A stretch of DNA of 61,220 nt, from the NCBI GenBank assembly GCA_963516335.1, contig CAUQCZ010000001.1, positions 1-61,220 of the forward strand, in the 5' to 3' direction. Both the position numbers and the translations under genes were made by a program. The DNA comes from an uncultured Campylobacter sp. Lineage in GTDB: Bacteria; Campylobacterota; Campylobacteria; Campylobacterales; Campylobacteraceae. Positions 1-10,053 of the stretch are shown piece by piece. The notes under the pieces are model-generated. The model searched no databases. It was not told the origin of the DNA and saw only the letters and a list, made by a program, of their open reading frames with translations. Each line of letters opens with the position of its first letter. Positions within the stretch are counted from its first letter, which is position 1.

Positions 1-1
1 T

Positions 2-1090
2 ACGGAATTTGAAAATGAAATTTTAGAAGGGTTTAAGGAGGGCAAATACGAGGTCTACTCTGACGTAATCAAAGATCAAAACGCCTCATACTTTTTCGTC
101 GGCCTTCCTATCAAAAACTCACACCCGTCATGCGTCGAGTGCCACAACATAAACAGTGCGCCTAAAAAAATGCTCGAACAATACGGAAATTTAAATAATT
201 TCGAGGGCAAAGTCGGCGACACGATAGCGATGGTGAGCTTTAAAATCCCGGTAAAAAGCATTTTGCTCTATCATAAACAGGAATTTATCGTTAGCGGCGT
301 GGCGATCACGGCGATCTTTGCGGCGTTTTTATTTTTCGTTTATAAAATCCACAAAGGCAACGAAAAAACCAAACTGCAAAACGAGCTTTTGATGATAAAT
401 CAAAGCCGTCTAGCCTCGATGGGCGAAATGATCGGCAACATCTCACACCAGTGGCGTCAGCCTCTGGCGCAGATCAGCTCGACTTTGGTAAATTTGGAAC
501 TTTACTCCGAGCGAGGCAAACTAAGCGAGCAGAGGCTAAAAGAGGCTATCGAGGAGGCAAACGAGCAGGTCAAATTTATGTCTGACACCATCGAGGATTT
601 TAAAAATTTCTTTAATCCAAATATGCCAAAGAGCGAATTTGAGGTAAAGCAGGCCATAGAGCAGGCTTGTAAAATTTTAAACGCGACACTCAAAAAACAC
701 GTCATAGACGTAAAAGTCGAGATAAAAGAAAATTTTACGCTTTACGGAAACATAAACGAGCTTATTCAAATTTTAATTAACATTATAAATAACGCTAAAG
801 AAGCATTTTTAAACCTGCCGCAAGAGCGGGCGCAAACAAACCGATGGCAAATTTTAATAACCGCCCTTTTGCAAAACGGAGAACGCGCGATAACGCTCGA
901 AAATAACGCCGGCAATATAGATAAAGCCGCGATAAATAAAATTTTCAAGCCGCATTTTACTACGAAAAAATCAGGCAGTGGGCTTGGACTATATATGAGC
1001 AAGGTAATAGCCGAAAAAAATAACGCCCGAATTTACGCGCAAAATATAAATAATGGCGTAGTATTTACTATTAAATTTAAAAATTCATAA
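2..1090 (+). CDS. Sensor histidine kinase, 5'-truncated by the window, with a periplasmic haem-c (CVECH) sensor domain; MccS-like
   Basis: The frame of ORF 170..1090 is open back to base 2 (TEFENEILEG...HPSCVECHNINSAPKKM). It has one TM helix, H-box ISHQWRQPL, N-box NIINNAKEA and G2 GSGLGL, and lies directly upstream of mccA. Confidence 0.85.
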   Translation, partial: TEFENEILEGFKEGKYEVYSDVIKDQNASYFFVGLPIKNSHPSCVECHNINSAPKKMLEQYGNLNNFEGKVGDTIAMVSFKIPVKSILLYHKQEFIVSGVAITAIFAAFLFFVYKIHKGNEKTKLQNELLMINQSRLASMGEMIGNISHQWRQPLAQISSTLVNLELYSERGKLSEQRLKEAIEEANEQVKFMSDTIEDFKNFFNPNMPKSEFEVKQAIEQACKILNATLKKHVIDVKVEIKENFTLYGNINELIQILINIINNAKEAFLNLPQERAQTNRWQILITALLQNGERAITLENNAGNIDKAAINKIFKPHFTTKKSGSGLGLYMSKVIAEKNNARIYAQNINNGVVFTIKFKNS

Positions 1091-1187
1091 TTTATTAAAT
1101 TTCCCCTTTTTTCGCCCCCTTTTTACGATAGCATTATCAGTATGAAATCTTTTTGATTTTAGATCCAAAATTTATAAGGAGGGCGCA

Positions 1188-3254
1188 ATGAGGAATTTAA
1201 GTAAAACCTTATTAGGTTTGCTTATGGGCGTTAGCGTCTTCGCATCGCAAGCCTGTTGCGAAGAACACAACATGCAGATGTCTCAACAAGCGCGAGACGT
1301 CATAGCAAACCCAAAAGGTACGCTTCAAACCAGAGGCGTAATATCCTTGCAAGACTACATCGTAGAAGAGCAAGAGATGTATGAGTGGCTGTTTAAAAAC
1401 CACCCGATTTTCACAAAATACGGCGGTAAAACAGTTGGTAAATTAGACGTTCACGACCGTGGACTTGAGTGGCTTGCCGAAGGTCACGGCTTTGACATGT
1501 CAAAAGCTAGTAAAAGAGACGGCGGTAAAGGCTACAGCTCTATGATGTATAGGATACCTGCTGGTTCGTCTTTGCAGTTTCCTAACAAATTCGTAGGATC
1601 TGAAAAGTGCGGCGAGTGCCACCCTGCGCAGTACGAGGTATGGAGCAGATCGCGCCACGCCACTACTATCCGCTTCCCCGGCGAGCACCCTGAGGTTAAC
1701 AACAACCTAACCGATCCGGTATTTAGCCCAGACACTGCGTCTATCTTGCCTCAAGGCATTACTCCGGACGTTATTTACGCAACAGTAGGACACTTAAGGA
1801 CTAAATTCGGCTACGTAGATGCGTGGCTGCTACGCGGAACCTATCACGTGGAGGGCGGCTTGCTACGAGACGGCACCGGTCAGATCGTAGCGGGCGGTAA
1901 CCAGTTCCAAAGAACTTGGGCGTTAAATTTAACTCCTGAAACAGTTAAGAAAATCAAAGATTTCGTTCCTGATTTCCCAGAAACTCTAGCTGATTACGGC
2001 GACAACGGCGGATACGTCAGAGGTCTAGCCTCATATGCCGCTAAATACAAAAAGTCAATGTTCTTCCAAGCAAACGGCTCTTACTGCGAAGTTTGCCACC
2101 CGTTCAAATTTGACTTTAAAACCAAGAAAGAGTTCTATGCGGCTCTTGGTAATGCCAAAGAGCTTCAAAAACACACTATCTCTAAAGGCGTAAGCTGTGA
2201 GGAGTGTCACGGAGCCGGCGGTCACCTTGACGGAGCTACAAACTTTAGAACATCAAACTGCGAACGCTGTCACCAAAGATTTAACTACAGCCCAGACCTA
2301 GCTCGCGCTAATCCTCTAAACCAAGGCAAACTTGACCTATCTCTAAGCTCTAAATTTAAATCAATGGGACCAGGATGCGGATCTGAGGGTTCACAATCAT
2401 ACTTTACCGCTCACTACGATAAAGGTATGCGCTGCACCACTTGCCACGATCCTCACGATAACACGGGTCCAGTCGTAGGCGATAAGACTATCAAGGGCGT
2501 AAACTATAACTCAGAGCAAGGCTACCTAAGTGCGCTTTACACTAAACCAAAAATCAGAAAAGATTGTCAAGATTGCCACAAAGAGCAAGCATATATCGCT
2601 TCTAGAGCCGATACGCATAAAGATAACACTTGCGCATCTTGCCACATGCCGTTTATGATGAGCTGCGAGAACTTCTACGCTATTCAGTTCCAAGACAACG
2701 CTGGATTCGATACTCAAAGAAGATCTCACATCTGGAAGATCGACGTAGATCCTGCTAGAAAATCTCTAGTTGCGGGCGATGCTGCTAAAGGGCCGAGAGA
2801 CACTAAAGATTGGCACTTCCAAAGAGATAAAAACGGACACAACTTCGTTGACCTAATGTGGGCATGCGCTAGAACGTCTTGGGCCGATAAAGATATGCAA
2901 GATACCAAAGGTTGCCACAGCCCTGTTTTATCTGAGCTAAAACCTACCCTACACTTCAAGAACCAAAAACAGGTTTACGACGAAGTAATGGGATGGCAAA
3001 CTCCTGTTAAAAACGACTTCTCTCAAGTCAAAATCGGTATCGAAGGACTTTACGCTATCTTAGAAACCAAGAAACTAAGCCCTAGCGATAAGACGAGAGT
3101 TTATGAGCTAATCGAAAAAGCGCAAGACACTGTCGACTTGCTACAAAAAGACGGCTCATGGGGTATGCACGGCTTTAAATATACAAAACAAAGACTCGAC
3201 GCTTCTAAAGAGTACATCAAAGAAGCCCAAAGAATCATAAACAACAATTTATGA
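1188..3254 (+). CDS. mccA: Octahaem cytochrome c sulfite reductase MccA/SirA
   Basis: Signal peptide; seven CXXCH motifs (CGECH, CEVCH, CEECH, CERCH, CTTCH, CQDCH, CASCH) plus CX15CH (CARTSWADKDMQDTKGCH); extra Cys in PGCGSEG and MMSCENF fit the Cu(I) ligands; canonical mccABCD-ccsA order. Confidence 0.95.
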   Translation: MRNLSKTLLGLLMGVSVFASQACCEEHNMQMSQQARDVIANPKGTLQTRGVISLQDYIVEEQEMYEWLFKNHPIFTKYGGKTVGKLDVHDRGLEWLAEGHGFDMSKASKRDGGKGYSSMMYRIPAGSSLQFPNKFVGSEKCGECHPAQYEVWSRSRHATTIRFPGEHPEVNNNLTDPVFSPDTASILPQGITPDVIYATVGHLRTKFGYVDAWLLRGTYHVEGGLLRDGTGQIVAGGNQFQRTWALNLTPETVKKIKDFVPDFPETLADYGDNGGYVRGLASYAAKYKKSMFFQANGSYCEVCHPFKFDFKTKKEFYAALGNAKELQKHTISKGVSCEECHGAGGHLDGATNFRTSNCERCHQRFNYSPDLARANPLNQGKLDLSLSSKFKSMGPGCGSEGSQSYFTAHYDKGMRCTTCHDPHDNTGPVVGDKTIKGVNYNSEQGYLSALYTKPKIRKDCQDCHKEQAYIASRADTHKDNTCASCHMPFMMSCENFYAIQFQDNAGFDTQRRSHIWKIDVDPARKSLVAGDAAKGPRDTKDWHFQRDKNGHNFVDLMWACARTSWADKDMQDTKGCHSPVLSELKPTLHFKNQKQVYDEVMGWQTPVKNDFSQVKIGIEGLYAILETKKLSPSDKTRVYELIEKAQDTVDLLQKDGSWGMHGFKYTKQRLDASKEYIKEAQRIINNNL

Positions 3255-3263
3255 TGAGATTAC

Positions 3264-3287
3264 GGACGCCGCAAAAGCGCGGCGTCC
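3264..3287 (+). terminator. GC-rich stem-loop between mccA and mccB (weak terminator or mRNA stabiliser)
   Basis: GGACGCCGC-AAAAGC-GCGGCGTCC, 9-bp perfect stem with no strong U-tract. Confidence 0.6.
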
Positions 3288-3307
3288 AAATTTAATAAGG
3301 TAAATTT

Positions 3308-4114
3308 ATGCGTTTTAAACTTAGCAAAAAACCGATTTTAGCTCTTTGCCTAACGGCCGGTTGCGTCTTGTGCGCTAGCGCGGCGGATAAAGAGGCGATG
3401 ACGCAAGAGCAAAAAGAATCATACAGCATCGGAATCTCAACCGGAACATATATCTCCGCACAACTAAAAAAACAAGAAAGCCTAGGCGTTAAATTTGATA
3501 GCAAGTCCATTTTAGACGGTTTTGCAGACGCCTTTAAAAAAGAACAAAAACTAACGGACGAAGAAATAATCTCCCTGCTCAATCAAAGGGACGAAAAACT
3601 AAATAAGCTAACCCAAGACGCGCTTAAAAAAGCGCTTGAAAAAAATTTAAAAGAGGGCGAAGAATTTATGGCGAAAAATGCCAAAAACAAAAAGGTCAAA
3701 ACGACTAAATCAGGGCTTCAGTACGAAGTCATGGCTGTCGGCGACGGCGATAAGCCAAGACCTGAGAGCGTAGTCGCGCTAAACTATAAAGCTTACCTCA
3801 TAAACGGCAAAGTTTTTGACGACACATACTCTAGAAACGAGCCTGCGATCCTTTCTATGGTAAATTTAATAGACGGCCTACAAGAGGGCCTCATGATGAT
3901 GAACGGTAACTCAAAATATAAATTCGTCATCCCGTCTCACCTAGCTTACGGAGACGAGGGCGCAGACGAGATACCGGGCGGCTCGACGCTGATTTTTGAA
4001 GTCGAGTTAGTAAAGGCGCTAAAACCTGGCGAGCTAGCCGGCGCGGCAAAAGAGCTACACGAAAAAGAGCCTAGGCTGTTTCACGGCGGACACGGAAATA
4101 GCGTAAGCAGATGA
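3308..4114 (+). CDS. mccB: FKBP-type peptidyl-prolyl isomerase (FkpA/Mip-like) MccB
   Basis: Signal peptide, N-terminal SYSIG dimerisation helix, TTKSGLQYEV, IPSHLAYG, IPGGSTLIFEVEL. Confidence 0.9.
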   Translation: MRFKLSKKPILALCLTAGCVLCASAADKEAMTQEQKESYSIGISTGTYISAQLKKQESLGVKFDSKSILDGFADAFKKEQKLTDEEIISLLNQRDEKLNKLTQDALKKALEKNLKEGEEFMAKNAKNKKVKTTKSGLQYEVMAVGDGDKPRPESVVALNYKAYLINGKVFDDTYSRNEPAILSMVNLIDGLQEGLMMMNGNSKYKFVIPSHLAYGDEGADEIPGGSTLIFEVELVKALKPGELAGAAKELHEKEPRLFHGGHGNSVSR

Positions 4115-4142
4115 GGTAAATCCATACGAATGGAGAAATAAA

Positions 4143-4826
4143 ATGAAAGAGCAAAACGCAAGAAGGACGTTTTTTAAATATCTTGCTTCGGGCGCGGCGA
4201 CGCTAGGCGCGGTCGGAGCGTTTGGCAAGGGTATAAATTTAGACTCCCCTACGGAAAACGGCAAAAAGCCGCACTACGGCATGATCTTCGATCAGAATAA
4301 ATGCGTCGGCTGTACCGACTGCGAGATCGCCTGTAAAAAGGTAAATTTGGTCCCAAAAGGTCAAATGAGGCTTTTTATCCAGGATAAAACCGATCCGCTA
4401 AATTTGAAAGAAAAGCGCTACGTCAGGGTTTCATGCCAGCAGTGCGAGGACGCGCCGTGCGTGAACGTCTGTCCGACGAAAGCTTGTCACAAGGACGAAA
4501 AAACAGGCATCACGACGATGAATACCGACGACTGCATCGCCTGTAAATATTGCATCGTAGCCTGCCCTTACGACGTGCGCTTTATAAATCACGAAACCAA
4601 AGCCGCAGAGAGCTGCAACTTCTGCTTGGATACGAATTTAAAAGACGGCCACGAGCCCGCCTGCATCGAGGCGTGCAGATACGAGGCGATCGTATTTGGC
4701 GATCTAAACGACGAAGAATCGCACATCAGCAAGCTGCTTCGCGTAAAAGACAGCTTGCGAATGCATCCTGAGTGCGGTACGAGGCCGAGCCTGCGTTATA
4801 TTCCTGCGGTAAAACTGGGGGTGTGA
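4143..4826 (+). CDS. mccC: 4Fe-4S ferredoxin, NrfC/PsrB family (MccC), Tat substrate
   Basis: Twin-arginine ARRTFFK; four Cys clusters (CVGCTDCEIAC, CQQCEDAPCVNVCP, CIACKYCIVACP, CNFC...PACIEAC). Confidence 0.9.
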   Translation: MKEQNARRTFFKYLASGAATLGAVGAFGKGINLDSPTENGKKPHYGMIFDQNKCVGCTDCEIACKKVNLVPKGQMRLFIQDKTDPLNLKEKRYVRVSCQQCEDAPCVNVCPTKACHKDEKTGITTMNTDDCIACKYCIVACPYDVRFINHETKAAESCNFCLDTNLKDGHEPACIEACRYEAIVFGDLNDEESHISKLLRVKDSLRMHPECGTRPSLRYIPAVKLGV

Positions 4827-4827
4827 T

Positions 4828-5799
4828 ATGAACGGAGCTATAAATTTCACTGCGACCTTCTCGCACGGTGTGGAGTGGGGCTGGCCGATTGCGGTTTATC
4901 TTTTGCTAGCGGGTATGAGCGGCGGCGCTTTGATAGTCGCGATCCTCGTTAAATTTTATAAAAAACAGACCCAAAGCACACCGCTGTTTAAGGCTGCGTC
5001 GTTGCTATCTTTCGTAACGATCCTTCTAGGCATGGTTTGTCTGGTAGCCGACCTTGAGAGGCCGCTTCTTTTTTGGAAAATTTTGATTAATTATAATTTC
5101 ACCTCGGTTATGTCCGTGGGCGTGGCGGCGCTTTGCGTCTATATCCCGCTTACCTTCGTAGCTTGCCTTTATGCGTTTGAAGAGTGCCTTAGAGAGTTTT
5201 TGACGCGCAATCTTAGCTTTTTAAAAGGGCTTTTCACGCTCGTAATGAAAATTTTAAACGCGCTTCGCCCGCTACTTCTTGCGCTTACGCTTGTTTTTGC
5301 GGTCGCGATCTGCGCCTATACGGGCTTTTTGATCTCGGTTTTAGTTAGATTTCCTATCCTTAATACCGCCGTTTTACCTGCGCTTTTCGTGGCGTCTGGC
5401 TTATCGGCAGGCATCGCGGGATCTAGCCTAATAGCCGCGCTTTTCTTTAAAGCCGACCCGCACGGCAGCGATCTAAAAACCTTGCACGCCGCCGAATGGC
5501 CGGTTTTGGCGATGGAAATTTTACTAATCGGTATGATTTTCGTCTCGCTCATCACGGGCAGCGACGTGCAAAAAGCCGCCAGCGTCGCCTTTAGCGAAGG
5601 CGTTTACGCTCAGCTGTTTTGGCTAGGCGTCGTTGGCGTAGGCTTTTGCGTACCGCTAGTTTTAAATTTCGCACTGGGCAAAAGGGTTGCGCATTCGCCG
5701 TTTGCGTTCTACGTTAGCGCGCTTGCTAGCGTGGTCGGAGTATTACTTCTTAGGATGTTTATACTATACGCAGGTCAAACTTACGATATAATAATGTAA
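4828..5799 (+). CDS. mccD: NrfD/PsrC-family quinol dehydrogenase membrane anchor (MccD)
   Basis: WGWPIAVYLLLAG, ADLERP, SVMSVG, YTGFL and LLLRMFILYAGQ motifs; about 8 TM helices. Confidence 0.9.
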   Translation: MNGAINFTATFSHGVEWGWPIAVYLLLAGMSGGALIVAILVKFYKKQTQSTPLFKAASLLSFVTILLGMVCLVADLERPLLFWKILINYNFTSVMSVGVAALCVYIPLTFVACLYAFEECLREFLTRNLSFLKGLFTLVMKILNALRPLLLALTLVFAVAICAYTGFLISVLVRFPILNTAVLPALFVASGLSAGIAGSSLIAALFFKADPHGSDLKTLHAAEWPVLAMEILLIGMIFVSLITGSDVQKAASVAFSEGVYAQLFWLGVVGVGFCVPLVLNFALGKRVAHSPFAFYVSALASVVGVLLLRMFILYAGQTYDIIM

Positions 5800-5819
5800 A
5801 AAATTCGAAAGAGGCGATT

Positions 5820-8516
5820 TTGGGCGTAAATTTATTTAGATTTTTCACTTCTTACAAATTTGCGCTCTGCCTCCTCTTTATCCTTGCCGCGGGTGCCGGC
5901 GTCGCAACCTTTTTAGAAAGCATTTACGATACGCAAACGGCTAAAATTTTAGTCTATGAGGCGCGCTGGTACGAGTGCGTCATGGGCATGCTCGCGCTTT
6001 GCTTGCTCGGCATAATCATAAAAACAAAAATGTGGCGCCGCTTCGGCTCATTCGTCCTTCACGCTGCATTTATCGTTATCTTTATCGGCGCGGCGCTGAC
6101 GCGCTATCTGGGCGCCGAGGGCGTGCTGCACGTAAGAGCGGGCGAGAGCGGAAACGAGATGGTGAGCGTCAAGCCGTTTTTGCAAATACGCACAAAAGAC
6201 GCATTTTTCGAATATCCGCTAAATTTATCCCAAATCGGCGATAATAATTTTAGCTTCACGCAAAGTATAAATTCCAAAAATTTCACCGTCAAATTTGACT
6301 CGTATAAACCCGCGCCCAAAGGCGAGCGAGGCACGCTCGTAGTAAAAGCCGGCTTTGAAGGGCAGCGCGAGCAAACGGCTAAAATCCACGGCGGCGCAGG
6401 CTGGCTGGGCGAGCCTAGTACGCTAAATTTTGACGGCGAGGAAATAATGCTAACCTGGGGCTCAAAGCTAGTTAGCTTACCGTTTTCGATAAAGCTTATT
6501 AAATTCGAGCTTGAGCGCTACCCCGGCTCGCAAAGCCCATCCTCCTACTCTAGCGACGTAGAGGCGCTCTCAGACACGGGCGAGGTTTTAACGAGATATA
6601 AAATTTACATGAATCATCCGCTAAATTTACAAGGCTTTAAACTCTTTCAGTCATCCTACGACGCGGACGAGCAAGGCACGGTGCTAGAGGTCAACCGCGA
6701 TCCTGGTAAAATTCCTACCTACGTCGGATATTTATTGCTTTGCGTCGGCGTCATCGGCAACTTTTTTACCAAAAACAGCCGATTTTTAAAGCTCATAAAT
6801 TTCATCAAAAACAGCCGATTTTCGCTCGTTGCGGCATTTATCGTGCTTGGTTTTTTAAATTTTAACGCAAACGCGGCCGAGCAAAACGAAAGCGAGATTT
6901 TAAAAACTTTTGCCGCAAACACCGCCGCTCACGCTAAAGGCGAATTTGCAAAGCTTCTCGTACAAGACTACGCGGGCAGGATAAAGCCGCTTAGCACCGA
7001 AGCCGGCGAAATCGTAAATAAAATCTCGGGCACGGACTCGCTTTACGGCCTAAGCGCCGAACAAATCGTGCTTGGTATGAATCTAAATCCCGCGCTGTGG
7101 CAAGAGATAAAAATCGTCAAGATAAAAAACGGCGAGATAAAAAAAATGTTAAATTTGAGCGGAGATTACGTGAGCTTTAGGGATGCGTTTGACGCAAACG
7201 GCGAGTATAAGCTAGCCGCGCAGGTCGAAGCCGCGAACGAAAAACCGCTCTCCAAACGAGGCACGCTCGATAACGACCTCATCAAATTTGACGAGCGGCT
7301 AAACATCGCCTATCTCACGTTTAAGGGTACGTTTTTTAAATTTATCCCTGCGGCGAACGACCCGCAACACGCGTGGCTCTCGCCAAACGACGCCTTTAAC
7401 GACGAGCGAGTCGCTCTAGACGCAAAAAACATGCTAAACGACTATCTAATGGGTCTGCAAGAAGGCATCACGGATAACGACTGGAGCAAGGCAGACTCCG
7501 CGCTAGCCGCGCTAAGAAACTATCAGCGAACGGCCTCGGCAGAAATTTTACCTAGCGTTAGCAGGGTCGATGCCGAGGTCTTTTATAACCGCGCTTCGGT
7601 GTTTAAAAAGCTCGTTTATTTCTACTGGATTTTGGGCTTTGCCGCGCTTTTGCTAGGGCTTGCTTCGGTATTTTTATCTAGAAGGATTTTGCCGCTTGAG
7701 CGAGCGATTTTGGCGGCGTTCGTACTAGGTTTTGCGGTACATACGACAGCCTTGGCGCTACGCTGGTACGTATCGGGGCACGCGCCTTGGAGTGATAGCT
7801 ACGAATCGATGATCTACATCGGCTGGTCGGGAGCGCTAGCGGGGATGATATTTTTTAGGCGTTCGCTGCTTGCGCTTGCGGCGGCTGCGCTGCTAGCGGG
7901 CATCGTGATGCTGGTAGCTCACATGAGCTTCGTAAATCCGCAGATAACAAATTTGGTTCCAGTGTTAAAGTCTTATTGGCTCAGTATCCATGTCTCGGTC
8001 ATCACGGCTAGCTACGGATTTTTGGGCCTTGGCTGCGTGCTTGGGCTTATCGCGCTAGGGCTTATGGCATTTAAAAATAAATCCAACGAGGCGAGACTAA
8101 ACGAGCAGATCAGATACATCGCGGCGATAAATGAAGCAAGCCTTATCATCGGTCTTTGCTTGCTAACGCTTGGAAATTTCTTCGGCGGGATCTGGGCAAA
8201 CGAGAGCTGGGGTCGCTACTGGGGCTGGGATAGCAAGGAGACGTGGTCGTACGTATCGATCCTAGTTTACGCGATCGCGCTACATCTGCGCTTTATCCCG
8301 AAGCTAAATTCGCTCTACGTATTTTTGATCGCATCGGTGTTTTCTTACGCTTCGATCGCAATGACTTATTTTGGCGTAAATTTTTACCTAACGGGCATGC
8401 ACTCTTACGCCAGCGGAGATTTGCCGCCGGTGCATATTAGCGTCTATATCGCGCTTGGATGCATGCTTTTGATAACTGCGCTAGCCTTTAGAGGGCGCGA
8501 CGTAAAAACGATTTAA
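5820..8516 (+). CDS. ccsA: CcsBA-type (System II) cytochrome c synthase, CcsA1/NrfI-like, probably dedicated to the CX15CH site
   Basis: ResB-like N-terminal region (ATFLES, MNHPL, FQSSYD); WWD domain GIWANESWGRYWGWDSKETW; conserved His in IHVSVITASYG and GMHSYA. Confidence 0.9.
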   Translation: MGVNLFRFFTSYKFALCLLFILAAGAGVATFLESIYDTQTAKILVYEARWYECVMGMLALCLLGIIIKTKMWRRFGSFVLHAAFIVIFIGAALTRYLGAEGVLHVRAGESGNEMVSVKPFLQIRTKDAFFEYPLNLSQIGDNNFSFTQSINSKNFTVKFDSYKPAPKGERGTLVVKAGFEGQREQTAKIHGGAGWLGEPSTLNFDGEEIMLTWGSKLVSLPFSIKLIKFELERYPGSQSPSSYSSDVEALSDTGEVLTRYKIYMNHPLNLQGFKLFQSSYDADEQGTVLEVNRDPGKIPTYVGYLLLCVGVIGNFFTKNSRFLKLINFIKNSRFSLVAAFIVLGFLNFNANAAEQNESEILKTFAANTAAHAKGEFAKLLVQDYAGRIKPLSTEAGEIVNKISGTDSLYGLSAEQIVLGMNLNPALWQEIKIVKIKNGEIKKMLNLSGDYVSFRDAFDANGEYKLAAQVEAANEKPLSKRGTLDNDLIKFDERLNIAYLTFKGTFFKFIPAANDPQHAWLSPNDAFNDERVALDAKNMLNDYLMGLQEGITDNDWSKADSALAALRNYQRTASAEILPSVSRVDAEVFYNRASVFKKLVYFYWILGFAALLLGLASVFLSRRILPLERAILAAFVLGFAVHTTALALRWYVSGHAPWSDSYESMIYIGWSGALAGMIFFRRSLLALAAAALLAGIVMLVAHMSFVNPQITNLVPVLKSYWLSIHVSVITASYGFLGLGCVLGLIALGLMAFKNKSNEARLNEQIRYIAAINEASLIIGLCLLTLGNFFGGIWANESWGRYWGWDSKETWSYVSILVYAIALHLRFIPKLNSLYVFLIASVFSYASIAMTYFGVNFYLTGMHSYASGDLPPVHISVYIALGCMLLITALAFRGRDVKTI

Positions 8517-8527
8517 AAGGAGAAAAA

Positions 8528-9364
8528 ATGTATAAAAAACTACTAGCGGCAGCGGTTTTATGCGCTAGCGCAAACGCGGGCTTTATCCAAGAGGGCATGC
8601 AAGCCCAGCAAAGCGGCGACCATAAAAAGCTGATAGAAATCTACGAAAAAGCCTGCCACGAGGAAAACAAGGCTTCTGGCTGCTACAACCTTGCCGTGGT
8701 GTATTTCGAAGGCACGGGCGGCGTGGAGAAAAATTACGAAAAGGCGATAAATTTATACCAAAAAGCTTGCAACGCTAAATTTGCGCTTGCTTGCAACAAC
8801 CTAGGCTACATCTATGAAAGCGGCAACGGTGCGACTCAGGACTTCGCCAAAGCCGCCGCATACTACGAAAAAGCCTGCCAAGATGACGAGGGCTGCACTG
8901 CGCTAGGACTTCTTTACGCAAACGGCGCAGGCGTCAAAACCGATATCAAAAAAGCCATCTCGCTCTACACCAAAGCCTGCAACTACGGCGATATGATGGG
9001 ATGCAACAACCTAGGCTACCTGCACCTTGAGGGCATGGGCGTAGAAAAAGACTACGCTAAAGCAAAATCATTTTACGAAAAGGCCTGCGCGGGCGGCGTG
9101 GGTATCGGCTGCGATAACCTCGGCTTTTTATATGCATTCGGCCAGGGTACGGAGCAAAACTACGCCAAAGCTAAAGAATTTTACGAAAAATCATGCGCCC
9201 TAAACTATAACAAAGGCTGCAACAACCTAGCCATCATGTACGCCGAGGGTAAAGGCGTCAAAGCCGACAACGCCAAAGCAAGAGAGCTTTTTAGCAAAAG
9301 CTGCGAAAAAGGGTTAAAAATAGCGTGTGAAAACGCGGAGTTTTTAAAATCCATAGCGAAGTAA
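8528..9364 (+). CDS. Secreted Sel1-repeat, cysteine-rich (Hcp-like) protein
   Basis: Signal peptide and about seven 36-aa repeats (CxNLGxLYxxGxGVxxxYxKAxxxYEKAC). Confidence 0.9.
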   Translation: MYKKLLAAAVLCASANAGFIQEGMQAQQSGDHKKLIEIYEKACHEENKASGCYNLAVVYFEGTGGVEKNYEKAINLYQKACNAKFALACNNLGYIYESGNGATQDFAKAAAYYEKACQDDEGCTALGLLYANGAGVKTDIKKAISLYTKACNYGDMMGCNNLGYLHLEGMGVEKDYAKAKSFYEKACAGGVGIGCDNLGFLYAFGQGTEQNYAKAKEFYEKSCALNYNKGCNNLAIMYAEGKGVKADNAKARELFSKSCEKGLKIACENAEFLKSIAK

Positions 9365-9385
9365 ATTTAAGAAAAAGGAGAAAAG

Positions 9386-9868
9386 ATGAAAATTTTAAAG
9401 ATATTTTTAGCGCTTGCGATGCTTATTGCAACGGCGACTGCGGTCGATTCGGCGCAAAATACGCAAAAATTAGTCAAAGAGAAAAAAGCCGAGCGTATAA
9501 GACCGCCCGAGGGCGCGCGCTGCCCCGTTTGCGGTATGCTAATCGGCAAAAACCCGCAGTGGGCGACGATGATGAAAACAAGCAAAGAGGAGCTTTACTT
9601 TGACGGCGTCAAGGACATGATGAAGTATTATTTCGAAAAAGGCAAAAAAGACGATCAAATTTTCGTTAGCGACTACTACAAGCTAAACAAAATCGACGCC
9701 AGAACCGCCTACTACGTAACCGGCTCAAACGTACTCGGACCTATGGGCAACGAGCTCATACCGTTTGCCAGCGAAGAGGACGCTAAGACCTTCGCCAAAG
9801 ATCACGGCGGCAAACAGATAGTCAAATTTGACGAGATCACGACTCTTTTAGTAGAGAGGTTGATGTGA
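9386..9868 (+). CDS. NosL-family copper chaperone (MccL-like)
   Basis: Signal peptide; CPVCGM, YFDGVKDM, YYVTGSNVLGPMGNELIPF and FAKDHGG are NosL signatures. Confidence 0.85.
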   Translation: MKILKIFLALAMLIATATAVDSAQNTQKLVKEKKAERIRPPEGARCPVCGMLIGKNPQWATMMKTSKEELYFDGVKDMMKYYFEKGKKDDQIFVSDYYKLNKIDARTAYYVTGSNVLGPMGNELIPFASEEDAKTFAKDHGGKQIVKFDEITTLLVERLM

Positions 9869-10053
9869 GGCTCATCTGCGTTTTAGCGGGCTTTTTTGCG
9901 CTTCTTTACCTTTGTATCGGGGCACATTATCTAGGTTACGATAGAGCGGGTAAGGAAGCTCAGCTAAATTTGATCCAAAAATCCGTCAAAGACGCGCAAA
10001 TTTCGACGAATTTTATTTCAAAAGAGTACGGGAAGTTTGTCTATGCCGAGTAA
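9865..10053 (+). CDS. Small single-TM protein (62 aa)
   Basis: GTG start overlaps the nosL stop; hydrophobic N-terminus; overlaps the next gene, consistent with operon coupling. Confidence 0.65.
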   Translation: MRLICVLAGFFALLYLCIGAHYLGYDRAGKEAQLNLIQKSVKDAQISTNFISKEYGKFVYAE

